NCBI RefSeq assembly: GCF_009834535.1
Contig: NC_045697.1
Location: forward strand, 26,352,001-26,416,000
Reading direction: 5' to 3'
Length of the DNA: 64,000 nucleotides
DNA from: Camelus ferus
Taxonomy: Eukaryota
The notes under the pieces were generated by a model, which was given only the letters and a program-made list of their open reading frames with translations, ran no database searches and was not told the DNA's origin. The position numbers and the translations under genes were made by a program. Below are positions 1 to 13,059 of this stretch, piece by piece. The first letter of the stretch is position 1. Every line of letters starts with the position of its first letter.

Positions 1-760
1 TTGTCATGGAGTAAAAAAGGAAGATGCAGTTGACATCAACTAATTTTGGGAAGGCCAAGAGTAGAGCAGGTTTGAAGGAAAAAACCTGTTGTTTAGTATT
101 AGATATGTTTAGTTTGAGATGTCCATTTGCCATCTGAGTGAAGATGTAGAGAAAGCTGTTGGATATTTGAGACTGCCTTATCTATTTATTCAAAGAGAGA
201 AACATGTTCTCTCTATATAGATATGTATATATAGTAGAATATATCATAATATATATATATATGTGTGTAACTATGCACATATACACTGAAGACTGACACT
301 TGAGGGAATTGAAAATTGAAAGGTAAATGAAAGAAGAAGGAATCAGAAAGAAGACTTAAAAATAGTGATCTCAAATGCAAGTGGGACCACAAGCGACTAT
401 AGTTAGTTCAAATCTAAGTTAGGTGATTGTATCACAGAAGTGGAAGTTAATTACTTGCAAATTAAGAAGTATAAAGACTGAAAATTGAGCATTGGAATTA
501 TCAATGAAACCTACTGATAACTTTAATCAGTACTGGTGGAATGCTGAAAACAAAAGCTTGATTTTAGAGAGAATGAGAGGGGTGAGATTTGGAAACCTCA
601 AATAGAGTTTTGCTACAAAGGGAAATAAAGATACCTGGTTGTTACTCGGAGAAATTAGGACCAAAATAAGCTGCTGTTTTCCTTTAAGATTGGAGTGTTA
701 CTGCATGTTTGTAAACTTTGGGAATAATGTGGTAGAGGAGGAAACTGGAGAGTACCTAAA
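1..760 (-). mobile_element. L2 LINE fragment (decayed), interrupted by a (TA)n-rich patch at ~205-285
   Basis: 'gagcaggtttgaagg...gatatgtttagtttgagatgtccatttgccatctgagtgaagatgt...gctgttggatat' matches the antisense of the L2 RT region; boundaries approximate. Confidence 0.7.
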
Positions 761-784
761 ATCGAAAAATGAATAACAGCAGTA

Positions 785-831
<47 letters not shown>

Positions 832-884
832 ATAGATAGATAAATAGATAGATAAATAGATAGATAGATAAATAGATAAGTAAG
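785..884 (+). repeat. Compound tetranucleotide microsatellite: (TAAA)12 followed by mixed TAGA/TAAA
   Basis: Directly visible. Confidence 0.97.
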
Positions 885-1789
885 TTATTCAGAGGTAAAG
901 ATCAGATAAAGCTTAAACTAAAATTATCTGACTCTGAGAACAGTAATCAGGAGAGAAGTAAAATAGTGTGGGGCAAGTGACTGTTGTTTTTCCTTATAAT
1001 TCTTGTTAGTATAACAAGCGTAGAAGTACAAGTTCAATCACAAATCTAAGTTGAAACTACATCCTGTTAACTCTGAATTGAAATGACAATAAAATGCAAC
1101 TTTCCTTCATAGTTAGAACTTTTCTACACAGAAAATTCCTTTGGTTAACTCTTTGATCCCCAAGACTGGACCTCTAATGCTCCTTTCTAATTTTTTGCAT
1201 AGTTAGTATCATCTGTTGGATTGAGATTTTTCCAATTCTACATGGAATTGCACCATTGTGAATTCAGTAGTTAAAATAGACTGCCAGTTGCAAAACTCCC
1301 TGAGAAAACTCTAAGAACTTATTATCCTGAATGGTTTCCTAAAAAATAACAACAAAGACAACCATATAATCCTTGTTCTATCTAAATGCAAGTGTTGGCA
1401 AATTGAAAGCACCCACCTGCTTGGTAGTGCCACCTGACAAGCCACTGTTTTCCTCCAGTCTTTAGAACAGTAGAGAAGCCTAAAAGTTGTCCACAAATCA
1501 ATCCTTCTGTAGTGGATTAATGACCCACCCATAGTTACTACAATACATTCTAATTTGCTATAGATATTTAGGGTTGGGAGGACCCTTGGCTAAAATGTTT
1601 CAGAATCAAAAAAGCTCAAAAAATATTTCAATTTTACCCAGATTATTAGTAAAAGAACCAGATAACGAATTTGAGATATCTTCACTCTTGGCCCAACTCT
1701 GCTTGGCTGACAAGTTAATTATCTTTTCCTTTCTATTTCCCTAGTCCTTCCAAGTCTTACTGTTAGTTCCTCCTGACCAATTTGACATC

Positions 1790-2175
1790 TAAATTTTACC
1801 TGGCTACCCACTAACTCTCTAAGCTCATCTTCCACTACTCTTATCTTTGCTCACTCCTCTCTGGCCAAAGAATTCCTTCCCTCAGGCCACACACTTGTTC
1901 TTACTCCCACCTGAAGAGAAAACCACCACATAAAAAATAACCAACACCTTCACCCCAATCCTCTCTGCTTTATTTTTCTTCTTATCCTTTATTACCATCT
2001 GACTTTTCATATATACTTATTTATTTGCATACTGCTTGTCTTCCCCTACTAGAATACAAGCTCAATAAAAACAGAGAGTTCACTTATTTTTTTTTCACTG
2101 CTACATTCTCAGTGCTTAGAAAAAGGGTCTGGCTCCTAGGATAGATCAATACTTGTTTAACATAGACATAAGTGA
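1790..2175 (+). mobile_element. L2 3' end
   Basis: 'tcttcccctactagaatacaagctc...ttcactgctacattctcagtgcttagaaaaagggtctggctcctagga...caatacttgttt' is the typical L2 3' terminus. Confidence 0.75.
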
Positions 2176-2179
2176 ATTT

Positions 2180-4380
2180 TAATAATCTAATTGATGGGTT
2201 TGAAATAATATATACTTGGATATATAAAAGCCTGACAGAAAATGTATTTTCATTTCAAGTAATCATAGAGTTGTCTCCAAAATGAGTATGTACTGTGATA
2301 CAGAAAAATTTTTGAAAATTACAAAAAAATACTAAACCATACAAAGTAAAATGAATTATAAAAAGATAACTAAAAATCCCTTCTTAATTGGATAATTTAA
2401 TATTCTTTTAAATAAATCATGGGACAAATAGAAAATGTAACATAAAGTATATTAAATTGGATGAGATGCAGCTAAAACCATATAGAAAAGGAATCTTTAT
2501 CTTTACATTCTTATTGTAGCAAAGATGGCATATTGATAAACAAGAAATAAGAATTCAACAAAAGAAATCAGAAAAACAGAATAGAAGAAAATAAAAGTAG
2601 AACATAAGTACTAGTAAAAATTAACATTAACAAGGCAAAAGGGAAATATCAACAAAATCCAAAAGTTAAAGCTTTTAGAAGACTAATAAATTAGGTAAAA
2701 TTCTGGTGAGATTGTTCATTAAAAAAAGAGAAGGGCATCCACACAGTCATAAAAATACACACATTCCCATGCCACTACGAACAAAGAAAGTAAGGATAGT
2801 CACAGATATACAAGAGATCTGAAAATATCATAAGAGAATACCAAGCACAACTTTGCAATGAAATGGAAAATCATAATTCACCAACTGAGTAGTCTTATAA
2901 CTACTGAAGAGAAAGAAGAGTAGAATAGAATCCACACATACACACAAATAAACCCATAGTCAGTGCGTGGGTGGATTTAGATCTAGGTAGTTTTGTAAAA
3001 ACATGTTACCCAACTTCTAATAAACAGATGATTCCAGTTTTATGCAAATTATCCCCCCCAAAGAAAACAAGAAAACAAAAAGAAACAGTATAATCTTGAT
3101 ACCAAAATTTGACAAGAATAGTACAAGAAATAAGTAGCTCAATCCCACTTTTGAACATATATGCAAAATTTCCAGACTATCTTAGCAAAAGATGTTAATT
3201 CTTATCTACAAGGGCCTTCCATATGCGAAGCCTGCACTAATCCAGCCTTGCCCGTGACTAAATAAAAAAGTATCCTTAACTCTGAGGTTATGAATAAATA
3301 CCCAAGTCTGCTTCTATAAATTATGCTCTTTATCTTTAATAATAAATATTTTGGCCCCCATATTTACTCCTTTAGTTGTCAAATTATACTGAACTTCAGC
3401 AGGGAAAGGAAGAAGGGTACAATTTACTGAGGTGCCATTATTGAGTGTTTAATATATGTCAAGATCTCACCTCAAAATTTTATAATTGTTACCTCATTTA
3501 ATTTTCACAATGTCCCTATGTGGTGCATTATTTATAACTGTGTAAACTGAGGAATACCAGAGTTTAAGTAACTTGCTTAGGATCATACAGCTTGTGAGGA
3601 TGGAGTCATGATTTCAATTCTGGTGGAATTAATTAATTGGCTTTATCAATCAGTAGAAAACAGAAGGCATATTAACCAAATTGGAGCTCCAATTATATTA
3701 AGTAAAAATATTTCTTACTTTATATAACACTCACAAAATCAATTCCAAAAGCATCAAAAATTCAATATGAGAAATAAAACTCTAAAACTTTTAGAAAAGA
3801 ACCATGAGAATATATCTTTGTGGAAGGAGAGAGAAGATTTTCATATTTATGAAACAAAAAAGCAAAATTCATCAAATAAAAGATAAGTAAAATCTGCTGC
3901 ATTAAATTGAAAACCTCAGCATGACAAAGGAGATTAGAAATAAACTAAGATCATAAGTCATAGACTGGAAGAAGATACTTACCACCCATTTAACAGATAA
4001 AGAATTAGCAATTGGAAAATAAATTAATATCTTCAAAACAATAAATAAAAATGAAGCAAATCCAATAATAATCCAAGGACACAAATAGGCAATTCACAGT
4101 TGAGGAAATCAAGGTAGACAGTAAGAATAAACACATTAAACATCCAACATTTAATGCAAATAAAAACAGCAGTAAGAATCCCTCTCAAAACCAGCTGCAA
4201 AAATTTGTAAGTATGGGACACCAGGTACTGATGAAAATGTAACAGTGACTCTCATTAATAGACTATAAAATGTTAGAGCCATTTTACTTAGCAATTTGCT
4301 TAAGGCAGACACATCCTATAACCAAGAATTTCACTCTAGTTTGCTACCCTGGAGACAGTGCCACACATGTAAAGTATAAA
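2180..4380 (+). mobile_element. Ancient L1M ORF2 remnant (fragmented)
   Basis: A-rich; degenerate ORF2 motifs 'ttcatttcaagtaatcatagagttgtctccaaaatgag' (EN), 'tataatcttgataccaaaatttgacaag' (RT), 'cacaaaatcaattccaaaagcatcaaaa...aaaactctaaaacttttagaa' (C-terminal region). Confidence 0.7.
3437..3622 (-). mobile_element. MIR SINE
   Basis: Antisense MIR core 'ctcatttaattttcacaa...aaactgagg...agagtttaagtaacttgcttaggatcatacagct'. Confidence 0.8.
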
Positions 4381-4644
4381 CACACACAAACGAAGGTAGA
4401 TTTAACAAATGAACCTTAAGTTTTGGCAACTTCCACTTGCGTAGGCCTCTTTTCAGGAAGGGAAGGGAAGATGTTTTATTCTGAAAATTAACTCATAGTT
4501 AAACATGTCATCCTTGGTTTCAGGATATTGAAAGGTAACCAATATGATGGTGCACACACTTGGTTAGTGCTTTATTTCCATTTATTTCTTTCAACAAGCT
4601 AAACAGGAATTAAGATAGTGGGATGATAGATAGGCATGCATTAC

Positions 4645-4739
4645 CTTCTTGAGACAGATCAGTCTCTCCTTCAGCAGCTGCTGATGACATCCACGAGCAA
4701 TAGTTTCTTCCTCTTGAATCCCCGGTGTTGGACATAAAC
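4645..4739 (-). other. Candidate spliced internal exon (95 nt) of an unidentified minus-strand gene
   Basis: Minus strand reads tgctttcttgtcatgctgatacag|GTTTATG...CAAGAAG|gtaatg; non-repetitive, higher GC than flanks, retains CpGs; two frames open (xLCPTPGIQEEETIARGCHQQLLKERLICLKK; FMSNTGDSRGRNYCSWMSSAAAEGETDLSQE). Product not recognised. Confidence 0.35.
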
Positions 4740-5149
4740 CTGTATCAGCATGACAAGAAAGCACATGTGTGAAATATTAAGTTTAATACACTCCAACTAT
4801 CAATAATAAAAAGTAAATTTAGTTCACCCATGTTAGAGGGAAAAGCATTTTCTTTCTTAATGGTCTATAGAAATTAGTATTTTTAAATGTTGTCATGGGA
4901 AGAGGTAATCAAGGACTACGGTTACAAATGTAGAAAAAATGTATTATAGAGACAGGTCAGGTACTTCATTCAAAAAAATGGTATTTTTGCTTATTGTGTG
5001 ATGCTTGTGACATTTATTAGCTTTTTGCATTTTTAAATGTGTTGTGAGTTCTTATTCTAAACATTTACCTTTACATCTAACTTTCTTTTGTAATTGTGTT
5101 TTTTTCTTAAATAAGGGACCCAGAATGCACATATAAAATAATAATTATA

Positions 5150-5410
5150 CTTTTTTTATATATACAAGATGACATGCACAGGAAGGATACACCAGTTTAA
5201 GATATTGGTTACTGGTGGGTACAAAAGGAAACAGAAAAGGGGGATTTAGCTTAATCTATACCATTTTATTTCCCATTTTTAAAGACAGATTTGCTGTACA
5301 TATGGTGAAATGTTAACATCTGTTTAATCTTAATGGTGGGTACATAGTTGTCTGTGTTATTTTCATATTTTTCTCTATATTTGAAATTATACATAATTAT
5401 TTTAAAAAAT
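5150..5410 (+). mobile_element. Old L1M (L1MC/ME-like) 3' UTR end
   Basis: 'atatggtgaaatgttaacatctgtttaatcttaatggtgggtacatagttgtctgtgttattttcatatttttctctatatttgaaattatacataat' followed by an A-rich tail. Confidence 0.7.
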
Positions 5411-5744
5411 TCATGCCATTAATAGAAAACAATGTATTTACATGAAAATTTTAAACCACTGCTATAGTTAACAGGTCACAAATTTGACAAGGTGATTTTA
5501 TTTTGGGTCGTTTATCCTAAAGTAAAAAACAAAAGGAACACTTCACATGTATAAAATATTTACCATTTCTAATGGTTAGAGTTGTAAACATATAACCATG
5601 CAATGTGCTAAGCTCAAAAACATTGCTTTATTTCTTTTTTTTTCCTAAATGTCCTCTGCTTAGATTTACATTATTGATACTTTAGAGAAAAAAATTTTTT
5701 AGGACATGACTGGTTGAATTTAGGATGCAATGCGCCTCACAATG

Positions 5745-6215
5745 CATTCATTCATTCATTAAATATCTAGTGAGCTCCTCCCATGCTCTAATGCTAGAGC
5801 TGGATATAAAGACCTGGTCCTAAATTTTATAGAACTCACAGTCAACTGGAGAAGACAAACAACAGACAAACAAGGGTATAAGTAAAATATCGATTATACA
5901 TTGTGATCAATGTTCTGAAGGAAAGAACAGTCTGTTGCTGGAGTAAGATAAGTGAGGTGGTGAGTAGACTACTTTAGGAACGTCTCTGAAGATGACATTT
6001 TAGTGCAGACGTAAGACTGACAAGGACCCAGTGTTCAATGAATTGATCAACATGTCAAGATGATCCCAAAGTTTTGAAGCTGAAAGGATTTGGGGGTGTT
6101 AAGTGCCATTGGCAAAAACAAGGAAATCAATTATGGGAGTCACTGTAAAAGGTCAGGAGAAATTACAAATTCAATTGTTAGCATACTGATTTTGAGATGT
6201 TATTAGAAAATCAAA
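5745..6215 (-). mobile_element. L2 3' portion
   Basis: Begins with the (CATT)n antisense L2 tail, then 'atagaactcacagtc'. Confidence 0.7.
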
Positions 6216-6229
6216 CATTGGAAGCAACC

Positions 6230-6682
6230 TCAGGAAGGAAATAGTATAATCAGCCAATGGAAAATTATATATAAGTTAAAATAAATTAACTGGATCTATA
6301 AGTTAAAAAATAGAAAAATACCAAGAATATAATACTGGTAGAAATAGAAAATTGGGAAATAGATGAGTTATAGAATATGAAATGATTTATATGAAGTTTA
6401 AAAACATAAAAGAATAATATATATTGATACAAGTGCACACATGTATATAGTAAAAGCATAAAAATATGCATGGAATATATGTGTATTTTATAAGACATTT
6501 GGTTGCCTTTGAAGGTACATAAAAATAAGTGGGATTTAGATATATCTGTAAAATTTTAGTCAAAAAATAAGATTTAAAGCAATCTATTCAAATATTGATA
6601 TCTGATCAACACTGTAGGGGAAACTTAAAGATCTGTTATATTATTTTTCATACACTATGATCTTGAAATATTTCATAATTTT
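6230..6682 (+). mobile_element. Old L1M (L1MC/ME-like) 3' UTR end
   Basis: Same terminal motif class as 5150-5410 ('tctgttatattatttttcatacac...ttgaaatatttcataat'). Confidence 0.55.
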
Positions 6683-6856
6683 GCAGGGCATTAAACAAAA
6701 GGAAAAGCAATAAAAATTAATGAGTCCCTATTTTATTATTTTAAAATTTTTAGTTACTTCCTTTTTTTTTTTTTTTTGCGAGTCTGTATTTTGCAGTTTA
6801 TTTTTGGTGGCCAAGCAAGGAGATAACTAACTTATGTCTCTGGTTTTGGCATGATT

Positions 6857-7978
6857 GTATCAGTCATGATTCAGTTGAAGATAACAGAAAGAAACCTAGG
6901 TAATTTAAGTAGAATTGTAATAAAGGAGAACAAAACTGACTCGATATTGGATCTGTTCCGTTGGCTTTGACCACTGAGCCCTGTTTCCTAAACTTAGTCT
7001 TGCTAGCTCTGCACTTACGTAAAGATCACCAGTTGCAGAATAGATAATAATATTTGTTTTGTTGGAGGTTTTGCAGGAGCATTATGACCTGGCCCATGTG
7101 GACAGCTGCAGGAAGAAAGAATTCCTACACCAAGAAGTTTGCAACAATCAACCACACCTCCTCCCTGGTTTTTCTGTATAAAAGGAGCCTGTATTCTGAC
7201 TGGAGGAGAATGGTTCTCTAAGACATTAGTCTGCCAGCTTTCCGAATAAAGTTGCTATTCCTTGCCCCAACACCTCGTCTCCCGATTTACTGGCCTATCG
7301 TGCAGCGAGCAGAACGAGTCTGGACCCAGTAACAGAATGTCATTTAATAAAGGGAATAAAAAAATGCTTACAAAAATCACTGGATGTCTAAAGAAGCTAG
7401 TCCTCAAGGAAAGAGGCCCACAACAACATGCAAAGCTAGCCCAGCAAAAGATCTGCTGGCCTTACAACAAAGAAATGAGAAAGTGGAACTCACTGCCAGG
7501 AATTATGGAAGGGGCTCCACACATGCACATACAGCCTTAGCTTAGTCCGTCCAGAAATCAGGAAGTCGGTTTTTAAAACACCCTGCCTCTCTAGTCACAC
7601 ACCTGATGAGACATGTTGAAGTGCTTGGAGGGTCTCACTGTAAAGACTGTGGTGGCCACTCTCCCTTCCTTCCTCTGTGTTTGTCAGTAGTATGGAAATT
7701 GAGACATTAAATGGACATTTTAAACTTGGTGACTGTTCACCTGAAACTTTCAACACCTGATGACTGTTCACAGCAGCTTCTATAACTGATCTCCAGCTAA
7801 AGCAGCTGCAGACAGTCCCAGAGCCTTCCTGACCAAACTTTCCAGCAGTCACAGCAGCAGCTGCAAAAGCAGGGCTCTGATTCCTTCTGTGTCTATTAAC
7901 TGCATAAACTGTATCACATCATGAACCCCCACTGGAAAAGAGTCCTGGAAATACAGATTTAAGCTTCTCAGTCTCCGC
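6857..7978 (-). mobile_element. Old MaLR/ERVL-type LTR remnant split by a younger LTR
   Basis: Starts 'tgtatcagtcatgattcagttg...aacagaaa'; resumes after 7338; ends near 'gagtcctggaaatacagatttaagcttctcag'. Confidence 0.5.
6916..7334 (+). mobile_element. ERV1-class solo LTR (419 bp)
   Basis: TGTAA...TAACA termini, perfect 4-bp TSD GAAT (6912-6915/7335-7338), TATAAAA at 7177-7183, AATAAA at 7245-7250. Confidence 0.9.
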
Positions 7979-10693
7979 ATTACTGACACACACAGAAGAA
8001 GGAAGGGGTGGCCACCGTAGCCTGTTCAGTGAGACCCTTCAAGTATTTCATTGTGTCGTAGAGAAAGATCACGGAGATTCTGACATTTTCTATTAGGGTC
8101 AATCCAGAAGCCAGGTACAGTATAAATAAGGGAGAATAGCTGGAATATTTACAAAGAAACATGTACTCCTTTCAAACTTAAATGTCAGCAACAAGACCAA
8201 GCTGGCTGCAAAATTGAGAGCTGCAGCTGGTCAGTGTTGGTTAGCAGCCAGGCAAATGCAGAGTAACTGGGAAAGAAAGAAACACATTTTGTTTCCATAC
8301 TCATTAGTAAATTCCATTTGGAGGTCTAGCAGCTGCTCTTGATGATAAGAAACCTTGAAACTGTTTACTCCTTAAATCTATAATAAGCTAAATTTATACA
8401 ATCTATCTAAAAGATTTTCACTTATTTGGCTTTAGCACTGAATTTTAATTGTCCAGAGGTCTTCTTTTCTGGCTCATTTCCTTTGTCATTTCATTTTTAC
8501 TTTTATCTCCTTATAACATTCCTGAGTACAAGAGAACATTACTCTATACCTGTCATTAAAGAATGTCAGCTAATACTTCAAGTCATGAAAAAAAAAAGCC
8601 ACATGAAACCACCCTCCTCCAAATTCCTGCATGGATGGAAAGGGAGAAGAGCAGAGGCAGTATTTATTTCTGAAAGCACTAATAAGGTCAAGAAAGTGTT
8701 CTCCCTTGGGGAATATTAATTCTGTGTTATTGGATCCATCCATGAAACCTATGACAGCATAAACTTTATCATCCTCCAGTCCTATAAAGTAGCTAGAACT
8801 CTGTGCTGTAGTCATTGCAAAATGGCCCTAATTTTTCACCTTTCCCAATATCGATACTCTTTACCATATCACTTTTTTTAGGGCTTTAAGGCTCTGACTG
8901 CAGCCTCAGCCATTGGCTTGCTTTACTTTGTAGGAAGTCAGCCAGGGTGACAAAAGTAAGTTGGAAAGATACTTTTTGAATTGGGCTGTAACTAACTGAA
9001 TATCTTTCTAGAGATTTGTAGCTGTTAAATGCATGAGTCTATTTTTTTGTCAACTAGATTTTTTTGTCTCCCAGGGAAATGAAACAGTAAATTTAGAGTT
9101 TTGGAGCCAGGAATGACCTTAAAAAGAGCTTTACCCCAGTATTACTGTTGATTTAAAAAAACAAAAAACAAAACTGTTCCCAGATAGTTTAGAATATGCC
9201 CCATTTGGAGACACATATTTGGTTGCTAAAAGTAAGGCTATGATTCATATGTCCTGTGTCAACTCCCAAGCCAGGATTTGGTCTGTAGCATGGCTCTTCT
9301 TTTTACTCTTATGTCTGCATTTGGTTAAGTGCTTAGTGAAATACAAACTTTCAGAAGATGCTTAAAAGAGATACTTGTAAAATAATAAATAGACTTCTTT
9401 TGGCCACTAGAGCAGAATTCAGTACAGCACCACAGCACGTTGTTAAAAATGTGTGGTTGTTCTGAAACAGTTAATACAGCTCTGAAAATGCATACCTTAC
9501 GCTTTCAGAGTAATGTATGCGCTGCCAAACCTTGTGTAAATCTCATTTCACAAGCCATGCTTGAGGAATACTGAAATTGCTGCTATTCACAAGACAATAT
9601 TAGCAAATATATTTTTCCTATGCTAAATATATCCTTGTCATTTTTATTATCTCCTAGTGTGCTTATACTTACTACTGACAAGAAAGATTTATTTAAATAT
9701 TTCTCTTTGGCCTTTAGATCTACAGAAGTCACAGAAAAAAATTTATTCTGTTTTCCATTTGTTTATTCCCTATCTTGTCATTATATTGGTAGTTATATTA
9801 CTATAGGTTTTGGTAACCATCCCAAGATGTCCATTAGGCTTAGCTCTAAAAACATAAGAGAACAAATTGACAGAGTCAGTGAATCCCTCCAAAGTTTCCT
9901 TTGTTTATAAACATCTATTTCATAAATAAAAAGCTTTTAAATTTATTAGGTTTGCCTTAGTGATAGCTATTATACCAAAAACTGTATCCATAAGCTGCAT
10001 TCTAATTTTTTTGTTGAAGTTTCTCAACTAATTTCTTTGCATGAATAACTGTGATCCTACATACAAAATTTCATAAGCCAATTGTTTAATATTTGTAAGG
10101 GATACATAACCTTAATTGTCCTTCATTAATCAAATAGCTGCACAGTTAACATAAGCTTGAGGGGAAGTCAGAATTCTAAATATTTGGATGAAAAAGAGTC
10201 ACTTTATTGCTAGGTTGAAACTATTGCTAGGCTCCATATTCTATTTTCACACTTTGGAAATAAGAAATTTCACTTATTGTTAAGGAAACTGCACCTTATA
10301 TGGTATCATTTGAAAGTCACCAGGAAATTTTATCTATTAATTCTGGAAATCATAACAAAGTTAATTTAAAGAATATTTACATAAATAATAAGCACAAATA
10401 TATGATTTTAGGAAATTCACTATTTTATGCATTGATTTGACAGTATTGTTCAAATTTCTAGAGAAATTTTAAATTCATTATTCTCAATTGAATCTGTTTC
10501 TGAGAACTGTAATTCTTGGAGTACCTCATTCTAACTTTATAACTTGTCTTTAGCATTTCTTATGATATAATATCTGTATTTTACAAGTGTTTATATATCA
10601 AAGTTCTCATACCAACATTACTTCAATATAACTCTCATGACGTATTCAAAGACCTTCATAAATATTTCACTACCTCATTTTATCTCAAATTGC

Positions 10694-11590
10694 TGTAATG
10701 AGAAACTCTTCGGGAACATTTTGGTTGAAAAAACATGAATTCCACCCAACTATGTCTAGTTTGTGTCAAAAGGAAATTTGGAGGCTTATAAAACTGTCAA
10801 TTCTGGGGTAAATTTGACTTAAGATATGTCAGTACTCCAGGGCACAAAGCATATCACCAAGTCTCTGTCTTCATGCCTGGGTGGTTGTCATTCTCAGGAA
10901 TGCTTTTCCTTTTATTGGCTACTATCTCCTCTGGAAGCACTAGTGTTACTGTCAGAGCAGACAGATAGCTAGATATGAGCAGAGAAAGGGGGCTGCAGGC
11001 CAAATGGCAGGATTTGGGACAAAAAGGAGGGGCACAGGCCAAATGCAGGAAACCCTTCATCATGAAAACAACAGGGTACCCTAGGCTGAGTAAGAAAAGC
11101 AGGAACCTCTGGGAGGATAAGCAGTCACACATTTGGGGGTGAAAAGTGGCCTGGAGGCCAACAAAGAAAGGTGGGAAAAGGCAGGAATCTCCAGTGTCCC
11201 AATATAACTTCTTGCTCATTATGCCCTCATTACAATAAAATTAACCTTGTAGATTAGAAGCACCCATCGTGCACCGATGCCATGACATTTCCAATCCAGA
11301 CTAAATAAGGACAAAAGTCCCTCCTCCCTTTGGGAAGGTGGAGTTGAGAAGAAAATCAGGGAATATAACCCTCAAACTCTTCCCTCCCCCTCTGCCCATT
11401 CATTTTTACATTCTATGTAACCAACTTGCCAAAGAAACTCAGGGCAGCTGCTCACCTGAGCCTTCCTGCTCTCCCCTTGAATGGGTACTAACCATTCCTT
11501 AACAAATCCTCACTTTACTTTCTTAACCTCTGCATCCCGTTTCTGAATTCTTTACGTGACAGTAAAAGAACCTAGTCGTCACTGGCAACA
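10694..11590 (+). mobile_element. ERV1-class solo LTR (897 bp)
   Basis: TGTAAT...GGCAACA termini, 4-bp TSD TTGC/TTAC (1 mismatch), U5-like end 'ctgaattctttacgtgacagtaaaagaacc', higher GC than flanks. Confidence 0.8.
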
Positions 11591-11609
11591 TTACAATATT
11601 TTCAGAGAG

Positions 11610-11850
11610 AAGAGTCCTATTTCTCTCAGAAGTCTAGGAAAGTAGTCCAGCTATGACTCTCATTGGCTCGGGCTCACAGGTCCATGCCTGAGTCAATAAC
11701 TGTGACCGGGTTATGAACTGTTCTGAAGGACTGGTCGTGGGCCACATGCCCTGCATTGAAGCCAGACGGAGGAGTTAGCCTCACTGAAGCCGCACTAACT
11801 GAGAGGGGTAAAGAAATGACTTCTCAAGAAAACTGGTACAGAGCATACAG
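11610..11850 (-). mobile_element. Old MLT1 (MaLR) LTR fragment
   Basis: 'gactctcattggctcgggctc...tgagtcaataactgtgaccggg...gggccacatgccc' MLT1J/K-like motif. Confidence 0.6.
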
Positions 11851-13059
11851 ACTCACCAGCTCACACAGCCTTATATAGCCGCAAATAACATCTATAGCTT
11901 TCTCTCTGCTTTTGACAATAAAAAAGATGTTGTGATGGCCCTACGACATTCATACCCACTGGTATAACAAAGAACATTTTATAGTACTTAATTAGCATTA
12001 TTGGAAATCTGTACTCCTGTCAGATTTTCTTAATCCTGTCAGAATACCTGAATTTCAGAGCTAACATTTTCCATAATCTACCTAAAGCAAAGCTTACAGA
12101 AGGAAACCTTAGCCACACAAACTTTGTAACTGAGAGAGTTGATTGCCTGATTTTTTAAGTCATGGCAATACTCTCAGGAAGTGAAGACTTCAACTAGCAA
12201 ATGAAGGAAGTCATGTATAGTGGAAGACTAACTGTGTGTGGGTATTCAAGTTTTAAATAATGATTGTCCATTTAACAGTCAGCCTGAAGGTCATTCCACC
12301 ATGCAGTATCATAATGAGCTCAATATACCACTTTTTTTCTGTCCAGACAATACTCAGAACAACAATAGTATCTCAGGCAGCCATATAAGCTGTCCGAGCA
12401 ACACACTCTACTTGCAGGGAATCAAACAAGAGAAGGAGGCCCATCTATTCAACATTACATATTGATGTCTATTATTTGTTAGGTACTAGGAATAAATCGG
12501 TAAATAGAAAAACAAAAATCCCTGCCTTTATAGAGTTACTATCTAATGTACTAAGACATATTGATCCTATTGTTAACTTTCCTTCTCACTTTTGAAGCCA
12601 GTGTTTGTCCTAGTTTTTTTCTGTACCATTGCATATTGAGCATCTCTGCTTGTTTAATTTATTAGTTAGTACTGACTGAAGTACTATTTGAGGTGTGATC
12701 AAGGCGTGACGCTGACTAACTTAAGGAGGTCATGACTTTAGCTATGCTATCACACAGAAAAGAGAAGAGTAACCCCATGATATCCCACTCCCACTCTTCT
12801 GTTTGTCAAGCTTACTATATTTTTGTAAATAATAATTTTGTGAAAACCATAGTTAGCTGGAGTAACATTTAACTTTTTTTTCTGATAGCAGAGGAAGAAG
12901 AGCTTTTGCGCTTATATGTAGGATTTTTATAATACATTAATGGTGACACTTTGATCATCTATGTACAGGAAGAAGAACAAGAGAGAAGGCATGTTGAGAA
13001 CTGGTTGAAAGAGGATGTGGGAGTACGCTCTGCAGCTAAGCCGAGGACTCGAGTGGACA

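Noticed and set aside
9496..9570. Minus-strand AG...AAG|gtatgc exon candidate
   Set aside because: Weak polypyrimidine tract and stops in all three frames.
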